Assembly (NCBI GenBank): GCA_035517195.1
Contig: DATIZH010000003.1
Coordinates: 1,262-65,261, forward strand
From: Nitrospiria bacterium
Lineage (GTDB): Bacteria; Nitrospirota; Nitrospiria; JACQCE01
DNA length: 64,000 bases
Direction: 5' to 3'
Shown piece after piece: positions 18,791 through 26,875 of this stretch. Each line of letters begins with the position of its first letter. Position 1 is the stretch's first letter. The notes beneath the pieces were generated by a model. It was not told the DNA's origin. It saw nothing but the letters and a program-made list of their open reading frames with translations, and made no database searches. Both the position numbers and the translations under genes were made by a program.

Positions 18791-19171
18791 TCAGCTTCGG
18801 GTGATCAGGTAGACCCCGGCCATGATGGTGACGATCCCGCTCACGCGAATCATCGACACCTCCTCCTGAAAGAGATAGGCGGCGGCCGCGGCATTGACGA
18901 TGTAGCCGACGCTCAGCATCGGATAGGCGTAGCTGACGTCCACCCGAGAGAGCACCATGATCCAAACAACCACGCTGACCACGTACGAGGCGAGTCCGGC
19001 CAGGATGAAGGGGTTGGCGGCCGCCTGGAGGCCGACGGGGATCAGATTGACCCAGCTGAATTCAAAATACCCGATGCGGCGGGTGCCTTCCTTGATCAGC
19101 AACTGCGCGCCCGCGTTCAACAACACGCCCAGCAGAATGATTGGTAGATATTTCACGAAATTCCCTCCCAC
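18791..19171 (-). CDS. SMR/EamA-like 4-TM protein, ArnE/ArnF-like flippase subunit
   Basis: 126 aa with four hydrophobic helices, located between arnT and arnB. Confidence 0.65.
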   Translation of the reverse strand: MGGNFVKYLPIILLGVLLNAGAQLLIKEGTRRIGYFEFSWVNLIPVGLQAAANPFILAGLASYVVSVVVWIMVLSRVDVSYAYPMLSVGYIVNAAAAAYLFQEEVSMIRVSGIVTIMAGVYLITRS

Positions 19172-19232
19172 GCGCCTCTCAAAAATTGAATATCAGTATC
19201 CGTGATTCCAAAGGCAAATGCAAGTCATCTAA

Positions 19233-19281
19233 GTCAGGGGGAGCGTGCTCAGCTCCCCCTGACAACCCCCATCGCCCGCAC
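19233..19281. repeat. G-rich hairpin repeat, short form, hairpin-first orientation
   Basis: gtcaGGGGGAGcgtgctcagCTCCCCCtgacaacccccatcgcccgcac. Confidence 0.8.
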
Positions 19282-19474
19282 ATGATGTGCTCATCGCTCG
19301 CATGTCAAATCGATGCTCGGCCCCTGTTCATCGTCATATCGCAGTGCTCCGAGCCTCGAGACAGACCAGGAAGTGCTGCTCTCCCCTCTATTCGCGAGTA
19401 CAGGCGTGGCGTACCTCACGTGTCTAATAATTAATGGAGGAGCGTGAGGGGAGAGATCGTCTCGGTATGAAAAT

Positions 19475-19504
19475 TAGGGGGAGGTTCCGCTTCCTCCCCC
19501 TGAC
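19475..19504. repeat. G-rich hairpin repeat, hairpin only
   Basis: taGGGGGAGGttccgcttCCTCCCCCtgac. Confidence 0.7.
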
Positions 19505-19505
19505 T

Positions 19506-21143
19506 TTAATCAACGGCTGCGGGGGGAGATAGCGTCTCCCCCCGCATTTCAATAGAAAATGCGACACAGTGCGAGCGCGCGATCCGGCCTTCGGCCACCA
19601 GATGGACGCGCGCCTTGACCTCCGGTGGCAGCGCGTCGAAGTTGTCGCGGGCGGCGATCACAACGGCATCGGGGGCCTGCGAGGCAAGCTCAGATACCGT
19701 CTGAATGAACAGGGGGCGAATGGGCTCATCGAGCGCGGCCATGAATTTGATGTCTGAGGAGTCGGGCTCGATCTTGTAGAAGGCGATCGGCGCCGCGGCG
19801 GGCCGGCGCGACCGGACCTGATCCACAAACGGCGTGACGCTGTTCAGCTCGATCGCGACCGGTTCGACGATCAGAATCGTCACCGCCACAAAGGCGGTGA
19901 CGCCCAAAGCGACCGTGACCGCGTCGCGGATGACGTCATCACGGGCTCGCTGCCGACCCACCAGGGTGATCACGGCTATTCCTCCGAGCAGCACCGCAAC
20001 CAGGCTCGGATGGGCCCGATCCGGCAGCAGCGCGCGTACGCGCGGCAGGCTGCAGGCCGCCACAACCGCCACCACACCGATCCAGGGCATCAGGAGAAAT
20101 AGACGGATCACCCATTGCCGGACCCGTTGAAGCCGGCTCGACGCCGGGGCGTCGGCCAGCAACGCGGCCGCCAGCAACGCGGCCGCCGGGACGATCGGCA
20201 ATAGATAGCGGATTTCCTGTTTGCTGGGAATGCTGAGACCCGCCGTGATCACCACGATCCAGGCGGCCAGATGGCGCGCAAGCCGCCACTCGATCGTCGC
20301 AGGTCGGACCAGCATTCCCCACGCGGACGCCGCCATCAACACAGCGACGGGAAAACTGAGCGAGAACGCACCCAGCGCGTGAACGGGATAAAAATAGACC
20401 GGTGGGTGGCGGGTCGCCTCGGCCATCCGTCCGATCGCTTCCTGGTGAATCACCTCCCGGACGAACGCCTCGCCCCCCTGGGCTCGCGCCGCGGCCAGCA
20501 GGCCGGCGGTCCAGACGACCAGCAGACCGAGCGACAATGCCGACATGAACGCCAGTCGGCTCCACCGCCGTTCGATCAGGAAAAATACGATAACCGGGGC
20601 GGCCGGAAGGATCAAGCCGATGGGGCCGCGCATGGCAAATCCGAGCGACAGACCGAACGGCATGAGCCACAAGCGCCCCGGTTGATCGAGGAGCGCGGCG
20701 GAATAGGCAAGGTAGAAACACCCGGCTGTGACCATCGCGACGAAGGGGTCGAGCGAGACGGACCGGGCCGCGGCCAGAAATTGATAGGTGCTCAGTTCAA
20801 GGAGCACGGCGTAAAATCCCCAGCGCCGGGAATGGAGCGCGCCGATCAGGTAGGTGAAGACCAGCGTCATCGCGGCCGCCGCGGCGGTGGGGAGGACCGC
20901 CGACAGCGTCGTGACCCGGCCCGCCGCCAAGGAGAACAGATCGATCAGGATCGTGCCGGTGGCCGGGTAATCGGGATACGGCTCGCCGTACGTCGTCGGG
21001 AACGGACTGACGCCATGCCTGAGCATTTCCTGTGCGAAAAGGGCGAAGCGCGCCTCCAGGTGGATGAAATCGCGATCGTCGAGGCCCAGGGTAAAGAGCA
21101 GGAGCCCTCCGGCGCCGATGAACCAGGGCGCCAGACGGAGCAT
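19506..21143 (-). CDS. arnT: ArnT-like glycosyltransferase (GT39/GT83, 4-amino-4-deoxy-L-arabinose transferase family)
   Basis: Polytopic membrane protein. The N-terminal loop LDDRDFIHLEARFALFAQEM resembles the ArnT/PMT DE..RYA..REM motif. Start uncertain (21143, 21236 or 21305). Confidence 0.72.
   Translation of the reverse strand: MLRLAPWFIGAGGLLLFTLGLDDRDFIHLEARFALFAQEMLRHGVSPFPTTYGEPYPDYPATGTILIDLFSLAAGRVTTLSAVLPTAAAAAMTLVFTYLIGALHSRRWGFYAVLLELSTYQFLAAARSVSLDPFVAMVTAGCFYLAYSAALLDQPGRLWLMPFGLSLGFAMRGPIGLILPAAPVIVFFLIERRWSRLAFMSALSLGLLVVWTAGLLAAARAQGGEAFVREVIHQEAIGRMAEATRHPPVYFYPVHALGAFSLSFPVAVLMAASAWGMLVRPATIEWRLARHLAAWIVVITAGLSIPSKQEIRYLLPIVPAAALLAAALLADAPASSRLQRVRQWVIRLFLLMPWIGVVAVVAACSLPRVRALLPDRAHPSLVAVLLGGIAVITLVGRQRARDDVIRDAVTVALGVTAFVAVTILIVEPVAIELNSVTPFVDQVRSRRPAAAPIAFYKIEPDSSDIKFMAALDEPIRPLFIQTVSELASQAPDAVVIAARDNFDALPPEVKARVHLVAEGRIARSHCVAFSIEMRGETLSPPAAVD
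19519..19555. repeat. G-rich hairpin repeat overlapping the 3' end of the arnT ORF
   Basis: GCGGGGGGAGAtagcgTCTCCCCCCGCatttcaatag. The same hairpin plus ttcaat tail occurs at 53125..53160. Confidence 0.7.
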
Positions 21144-21373
21144 GCGGGGACTGAGCGACACGGCGCCATTATAGGGGATGATCGGTGAAATTGCACGGCC
21201 GGCCTTGCCGCGTTCTCCCGTCACGATCCGCGCCATAATCCGGCGCCATTGACAACATGACGGCCGTTGGCTATGCTGTGGCCCGCTGGCGAATGACGAG
21301 GGCACGGCGACCGGGCCGCCAAATGACGGAGATCCGAGTCGCTGGGGCCCGCACAGATCATGGAGCGCATGCG

Positions 21374-21943
21374 ATGACTGAAACGGTGAAACCCGCGGAG
21401 GCCCCGCCGCACACTCCCTACCTGGCCCGGATCATCCGTTCGGCGTGGCTGGACAGCCAGCTGTACGAAGAGGTGGAAGCCGATCACAGCGCGACCTGGC
21501 AGGCATTGGGCGTGGTGATGCTCGCCGGACTGGCGGCGGGGATCGGAACGATCGGCCACGTCAGTAACGTCGCGTTCATCGCGGTCAACATGGTCGTCGC
21601 CCTGATCGGATGGGCGATCTGGGCCGTCATGACCTATTGGATCGGCGTGCACGTCCTGCCAGAGCCGCAGACCCAGTCCAACATCGGCGAGCTGCTGCGG
21701 ACGACCGGATTCTCCAGCTCGCCAGGATTGATTCGCGTGCTGGGGGTCGTGCCCGGTCTTCCCGATGTCGCGCATCAGGTCCTCTTTTTGGGCGCGGCGG
21801 TCTGGATGCTCGTCGCCATGGTGATTGCCGTGAGGCAGGCGCTCGATTACCGGAGCACGTGGCGGGCGATCGGCGTCTGCCTGATTGGATGGTCCATCCA
21901 GGCCGTGATCCTGATCGTGTCGATTCGCGCCGCGGCGTATTGA
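21374..21943 (+). CDS. Yip1-domain membrane protein
   Basis: LARIIRSAWLDSQLYEEVEAD followed by five hydrophobic helices. Start taken at MTETVKP. Confidence 0.55.
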   Translation: MTETVKPAEAPPHTPYLARIIRSAWLDSQLYEEVEADHSATWQALGVVMLAGLAAGIGTIGHVSNVAFIAVNMVVALIGWAIWAVMTYWIGVHVLPEPQTQSNIGELLRTTGFSSSPGLIRVLGVVPGLPDVAHQVLFLGAAVWMLVAMVIAVRQALDYRSTWRAIGVCLIGWSIQAVILIVSIRAAAY

Positions 21944-22029
21944 GACCCACAGATGATTCGTCCTGACCGGCGGGGGGTCCCCATCAGGCTGATCCGGTCG
22001 CGCGATCCGCGGCTGATAAGCGGCGACGG

Positions 22030-23154
22030 TCAGGAGGCGTTCCGGGCGGGCGTCCTGCCGCAGACATCCCGCATCCGCTTCCAGGCAAATTCCGGAAACA
22101 AAGGGGCCGCGTTGATCGGATGCTCTTGCGCATAGCGGGAGAGCGTGCGGATGCGTGCCTCCGTTTGCGGATGGTTGTTCAAGTATTTCAGGGCATCAGG
22201 CACATCAGCTCCGTCCTGCTTGAGTGTCTCAAAGAACGTGAGCATGCCGTGCGGGTCGACGCCCGCGGCCAGCAGCATCTTCATGCCTTCCAGATCGGCC
22301 TCCGCTTCGTGTTCGCGGCTGTACCGCAGCATCCCGATCATGGCGGCGCTTCTGAGACCGAAGGCGGCCGCGCCGGTCGCGTCCCCCGTCATCGCCGTGA
22401 TCAGCAGCCCGGTCGACGCCTGCTGGAGCAGCTGTTGGGTGGTATGACGCAACAACACATGCTGCGTTTCGTGCGCGAGCACGCCCGCCAGTTCTTCCGC
22501 ATTTTTGGTTTTGTCGAGCAGACCGCGATAGACCACGATGGTGCCGCCTGGAACCGCCACTGCGTTGACGATCGGTTCGTCAATGACGATCACCCGGAAC
22601 GTCAAGGGCTGGTCTGTGCGGGTTGACAGCAGCCGGGCCTCAATCTGGTCGATGATCCTGGTCTGATCGGGGGCGCGGCATTGCAGCGGCGGCGCGGCCA
22701 ACTGCTCCAAGACGCCCTGTCCGAGTCGCTCCTCCCACGACACGGGGACGTGCGGGGCGACCGCCGCCGCCAGGGCGGGAATGCCCCACTGATAGGCCGC
22801 CGCCGCGGCGGCAACCACCAGAACAGCGGCGCAGATGACAAGTCGAATGCGCCAGGGTCGTTGCGCGGGATTGTGAAAGCGGCCGACCGCCTCCGCTCCC
22901 GCCTCGTGAAGCGCCGCCAGAAAAGCCTGGTCGCCGATCACCAGCGTCTCAGCCATCGACTCGCCCCGCTCCAGCCTGATCTCCTCGCCGGCATAAAACC
23001 CTTGTGTTTGACGAATGTCCCGGTATCTCCACCAGTGTGTTGAGCCGTTCGACAACCGGATTTCGAGCCCCGTGGACATCAGCCTGATATCCGCCTGATC
23101 TCGAGCGGGGCTGCGGCCGTCGAAGTAGGCGCCGTGCCAGACCGATGACGTCAT
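22030..23154 (-). CDS. M48-family zinc metallopeptidase with N-terminal soluble domain and one TM segment
   Basis: HETQHV (HExxH) with a downstream EHEAD glutamate, and a TM helix LVICAAVLVVAAAAAAY. Confidence 0.8.
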   Translation of the reverse strand: MTSSVWHGAYFDGRSPARDQADIRLMSTGLEIRLSNGSTHWWRYRDIRQTQGFYAGEEIRLERGESMAETLVIGDQAFLAALHEAGAEAVGRFHNPAQRPWRIRLVICAAVLVVAAAAAAYQWGIPALAAAVAPHVPVSWEERLGQGVLEQLAAPPLQCRAPDQTRIIDQIEARLLSTRTDQPLTFRVIVIDEPIVNAVAVPGGTIVVYRGLLDKTKNAEELAGVLAHETQHVLLRHTTQQLLQQASTGLLITAMTGDATGAAAFGLRSAAMIGMLRYSREHEAEADLEGMKMLLAAGVDPHGMLTFFETLKQDGADVPDALKYLNNHPQTEARIRTLSRYAQEHPINAAPLFPEFAWKRMRDVCGRTPARNAS

Positions 23155-23171
23155 GGTCGGCCCATCACGGG

Positions 23172-24431
23172 TCAGGCGGCGAAGCCGGCGTCCAAGTCCA
23201 TCAAGCTGTCCAACCCCTCGCCGAGCGCCGTGGCAGGCTGGGCTTCCTGATGGATGGCCGCCAGATCGAGCGCACCTTCAAGGGCAAGGTGTCGAACGAG
23301 GAAATTGGCATTCCGCACCATCGTCCAGGGCCAGGCCAAACCCAGGGTCAGGACGAGCAGCAACGCGTTACCCAGTTTCAGCCCCAGAAGCCGTCCCCCG
23401 GTCATCGTGGCGGAAAATCGGGCCGAGCCAAAGAGGGTGTGATTCCACACGTAACGCTGCTTGTTGGCTTGAAACGAAAACCAGCCGACGCCGGCGATGG
23501 GCAGCAAGGCCAGCGGAATCAACGCCGAGGGCTTTGGGCCGACGACACCGAGCCGGAGCAGCAGGGGAGTCAGGACGCCCGCCAGCAGGCCCGAGAGAAA
23601 AAGAAGCGCAAACCACGCGAAGTAGATCTTCAGCAGCTCGCGGCCCTCGCCGTCAAACCGGAATCGTGCATTGCCGAAATAGCTGTGTGAAACAAGATAT
23701 TTCTGCTGCCGGGCGACGAAATACGGATAGTAGAGGCCGAGGGTCAAGATCGAGAGGCCGATCCCCTTGAGATAGAGCCGGACAAAATCGGCGATCGAAC
23801 CGCGGAACGAGAAGCGGATGCCCCGCCAGGAGGAGCGGCTCAGGCGGTACCGGCGCGTCGCGGCAACGGCGAATGGGATCAGCAGGAACAGCAGCAGATA
23901 CGCGACCAGGACCGCGGCGATCTTCACGGCGAGACCGCCGGGCAACAAGGGGGCGGTCTTGACCAACAGCGACAGGCCGCCAAACACCACGGTGGCCCTC
24001 AGAAATCCCCACAACAACTCACGACCGGTGCCGTGATAGGCGAAGCGGTCGCCGCTGAATTCACTTTGGCCGTACAGATAATGGCGCACCTTGGCTTTGC
24101 CCCAAAAGTAATAGATGCCCAGCGTCAGGACGGTCAACAACATATTCGTGACGTGGATGCCGAAGAACGAGCCGCCGCTGCCGTGGAAGGAGAGGGTATG
24201 TGCCTCCTGCGGCCCCGCCATGGACCGGGAAGGAACGGGATTGGGTTCGGCGCTCTCGATGGTCGTGTTCGTCTGGGGGGGAGCTGATGAGCGCGCGGCG
24301 TCGGGGGGGACAGGCGCCTGCGGTGAAGAGGGCCCCGTCAGGATGGGGCCGCCGGGGGTCGCGCACCCGCACGCGGCGCCCCGCTCAAACAGACGGGCGC
24401 ATTTCTGGCACATGTCATAAGTCGACGCCAT
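23172..24431 (-). CDS. DUF898 (YjgN-like) polytopic membrane protein with N-terminal Cys-rich segment
   Basis: FHGSGGSFFGIHVTNMLLTVLTLGIYYFWGKAKVRHYLYGQSEF and a second internal copy, RLYLKGIGLSILTLGLYYPY. CQKC..x9..CGC at the N-terminus. ATG 24431 is preceded by AAGGAGGGA. Confidence 0.78.
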   Translation of the reverse strand: MASTYDMCQKCARLFERGAACGCATPGGPILTGPSSPQAPVPPDAARSSAPPQTNTTIESAEPNPVPSRSMAGPQEAHTLSFHGSGGSFFGIHVTNMLLTVLTLGIYYFWGKAKVRHYLYGQSEFSGDRFAYHGTGRELLWGFLRATVVFGGLSLLVKTAPLLPGGLAVKIAAVLVAYLLLFLLIPFAVAATRRYRLSRSSWRGIRFSFRGSIADFVRLYLKGIGLSILTLGLYYPYFVARQQKYLVSHSYFGNARFRFDGEGRELLKIYFAWFALLFLSGLLAGVLTPLLLRLGVVGPKPSALIPLALLPIAGVGWFSFQANKQRYVWNHTLFGSARFSATMTGGRLLGLKLGNALLLVLTLGLAWPWTMVRNANFLVRHLALEGALDLAAIHQEAQPATALGEGLDSLMDLDAGFAA

Positions 24432-24505
24432 CGCGCTCCCTCCTTCTCGTCCGCTCAAACCCGAGATGCGACACACCGGCGATGTCAAGAGTAACTATAT
24501 CCGAG

Positions 24506-24536
24506 GAAAACAAAACGCGCAAAAATGGGGCGCGCT
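24506..24536 (-). terminator. intrinsic terminator after the methyltransferase gene
   Basis: Minus strand: TAGCGCGCcccatttttGCGCGTTTTGTTTT. GC stem of 5-7 bp, 9-nt loop, U-rich tail. Confidence 0.5.
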
Positions 24537-25275
24537 ACGCACGACGGGCCTGGGAGGCCCGTTTCTGAACGAGAATTTCCCGCATCTGGTTGGGAAGATA
24601 ACAGGAGTTGATGAGATCAAACCGCTCGAACAGCTCCTGGATCTCCCGGTTTTCGTAGGCCCGTCCCGGCACTGGGACGAGCGGCAGCGGCTCATACTCC
24701 AGTTGATCGGCCCCCGAAATCCTGTATCGAACGGCCATCCTGACGGCGGCGTGATCGCAGTTGAACATGGCCATCAAAAAGCCGCGGGGTTTGAGCAGCG
24801 CGACCAGCTGGGCCAGCACCTGCCGCGCTCCCGACACATCGAAATAATCCAGCAGGTCCCAGCACAGCACGGCATCGAACGATTCCGCCGTCTGCTGCAG
24901 GTTGAGCGAGACCCCGGCGGGGGGCTCCTTGGCCGATGGCAGCGAGATCGGACCGTGTGGACTCCGACGGGAGGGTGAGGAGGGGCGTGCGGTCACGGGC
25001 GGAGAGGGCGGCGGGGGCCGCACCGACGAGATTTGATCGTCCACCGTCACCTTGCAACGGTGATGGATCAGCCACTCGATATTTTGATCGCACAGCCGCC
25101 CCAGATCGAGCAGGTGGGGCGCCGGACAGGGGGCGAGTCCGTCGATCAGGCGTTTCAGATTCTTGGTCGAATGGCGCGGAAACCTCGATCCTGCCTGGAG
25201 CGGGACGTTCGATGGTCTCGCCCACGGCGGCTGAGATCCCGCGCGCGCGACCGATGGCGGCAACGGGTGAGTCAC
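24535..25275 (-). CDS. class I SAM-dependent methyltransferase-like protein with proline-rich insert
   Basis: LLDLG (motif I-like) ... FDAVLCWDLLDYF ... LLKPRGFL. These motifs are separated by a P/S-rich segment, PPPPSPPVTARPSSPSRRSP. Confidence 0.55.
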   Translation of the reverse strand: MTHPLPPSVARAGSQPPWARPSNVPLQAGSRFPRHSTKNLKRLIDGLAPCPAPHLLDLGRLCDQNIEWLIHHRCKVTVDDQISSVRPPPPSPPVTARPSSPSRRSPHGPISLPSAKEPPAGVSLNLQQTAESFDAVLCWDLLDYFDVSGARQVLAQLVALLKPRGFLMAMFNCDHAAVRMAVRYRISGADQLEYEPLPLVPVPGRAYENREIQELFERFDLINSCYLPNQMREILVQKRASQARRA

Positions 25276-25298
25276 ATGAACAAACGGCGGGCGCAGCC

Positions 25299-25700
25299 TT
25301 AGACGGGCAACGCCACGCGCTGGGGCGGCCGCACGACGATCTTCTCGTCATGGGTCACCGCGGTCCTGATGGATTCCGTTTTGCGGTCCATGTCGACGCT
25401 GCCCTTGAAGTGGGCGCCGTCGGCGATGGAGAGCCTCGGAGAGAAGATGTCGCCCTGCAGTCGTCCGGTGGCCTGAATCTCGACCTTTTCATCGGCCGTA
25501 ACCTGGCCGGTGACTTCACCGTGAATGATGATCGACTTGGCGTGCAGATCGGCCTTGATCCGCCCGCTCTTTCCAATGGTCAAATGGTGCTCCTTGAGGT
25601 CGATTTTCCCCTCGACGGTGCCGTCGATCGTCAAATCTTCATTGCCGGTCAACTCACCTTTAAAATGAATGGATTGTCCGATCAGGGCGGACTGCGTCAT
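25299..25700 (-). CDS. bactofilin family cytoskeletal protein
   Basis: IGQSIHFKGELTGNEDLTIDGTVEGKIDLKEHHLTIGKSGRIKADLHAKSIIIHGEVTGQVTADEKVEIQATGRLQGDI beta-helix repeats. ATG 25700 is preceded by AAGGAGAA. Confidence 0.85.
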   Translation of the reverse strand: MTQSALIGQSIHFKGELTGNEDLTIDGTVEGKIDLKEHHLTIGKSGRIKADLHAKSIIIHGEVTGQVTADEKVEIQATGRLQGDIFSPRLSIADGAHFKGSVDMDRKTESIRTAVTHDEKIVVRPPQRVALPV

Positions 25701-26001
25701 GGTTGTTCTCCTTGGTTCGTGGTGCGTCCCGTGGTCATCACCGGTGACCGCATTCGCCGGTGGCCTCTCGTCACGTCCTTCCTTCCAATTCCACATACCG
25801 CCTCCTTCCGTCATACCTTGGTTCGACCACACAGTCCGACGACAATCGAATGCGCGACGCAGGCACCGTCATGGGCGACTTTGGTGATCGTTGCGGGTGT
25901 GATCGAATGATGCACGGCATCCACTACTGATTCTGAAGATAAATGATAAACCGGAAGCTGTCAAGCCGCGTCTGGACCGGGGGCTCATGTCGCCGGCCGG
26001 T

Positions 26002-26030
26002 TTGACAGCATGCCGAACATGCACTATCTT
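26002..26030 (+). promoter_or_regulatory. sigma70-like promoter upstream of the SH3 lipoprotein gene
   Basis: TTGACA (26002-26007), 17-nt spacer, TATCTT (26025-26030). Confidence 0.4.
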
Positions 26031-26063
26031 AAATCCGTGCACACGGTGTAGACCTGTTCATCC

Positions 26064-26816
26064 ATGAATCACACCCATCTCATTCGCGTGTGGATCCTGC
26101 TGACGGCCGGAGGTCTGCTCGCGGGATGCGCCGGCTTTCCCGGCTGGCAGCCGGACGTCTCGTTGTCCGAGCAGGAGTTGCAGAAGTCGTTGAAACATGA
26201 ACGGACCGCCAACCGGGAGATGGATGAAAAGCTGGCCTTGACCCGGTTGCAGCTTCTCGAGCAGGACGCCCAAAAGGCTGAACTGGGCAGAAAACTTGAT
26301 GAAGCCACCCTGGAGGTGGTGCGTACCAAGGCGATGTTGCAAAGCCTGGAAAGCAAGGCTGAGGCGGCTTCAACCCTGGCTGAAGGGGAGATCGCCTTGA
26401 AAGCCATCAAAACAAAAGTCGGTGCGACGAGTCCAGCAGGGTTAGACCAAGCTGAAGCCTTATTATATAAAAGCAATCAGGAATTAAAGAAGGAAAATTA
26501 CGGCGGGGCCCTTTATCTGGCGGCCCAGGCAAAATCGCTGATTAAGGAAGATCAGGACCGCCTGCAAATCCGGCAGAATATTGTATTGCTGGCCGGGGAA
26601 GTGACATTTGACATCCCCATCCCGCTCCGTGCGAACGATCAGGCCAATGTCAGGAAGGAGCCGGATCTCGAGGCACCCATTTTATTCGTGCTGCAGGAAG
26701 GCGACAAGCTGGTCGGATATTCGTACCGGGGAGTCTGGGTGCATATTGCAACGGACGATGGACGGCGCGGCTGGATTCACTACAGTTTGATCGCTGGCAG
26801 ATCAAACAAGCCATAA
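26064..26816 (+). CDS. lipoprotein with coiled-coil region and C-terminal SH3b domain
   Basis: Lipobox LLAGC; ANVRKEPDLEAPILFVLQEGDKLVGYSYRGVWVHIATDDGRRGWIHYSLI. Confidence 0.7.
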   Translation: MNHTHLIRVWILLTAGGLLAGCAGFPGWQPDVSLSEQELQKSLKHERTANREMDEKLALTRLQLLEQDAQKAELGRKLDEATLEVVRTKAMLQSLESKAEAASTLAEGEIALKAIKTKVGATSPAGLDQAEALLYKSNQELKKENYGGALYLAAQAKSLIKEDQDRLQIRQNIVLLAGEVTFDIPIPLRANDQANVRKEPDLEAPILFVLQEGDKLVGYSYRGVWVHIATDDGRRGWIHYSLIAGRSNKP

Positions 26817-26875
26817 GCGTTTTTCACATTCCCTTCACCTTCCGCAGACGCTCCACTCTTCGTGCGTCGCACGAC

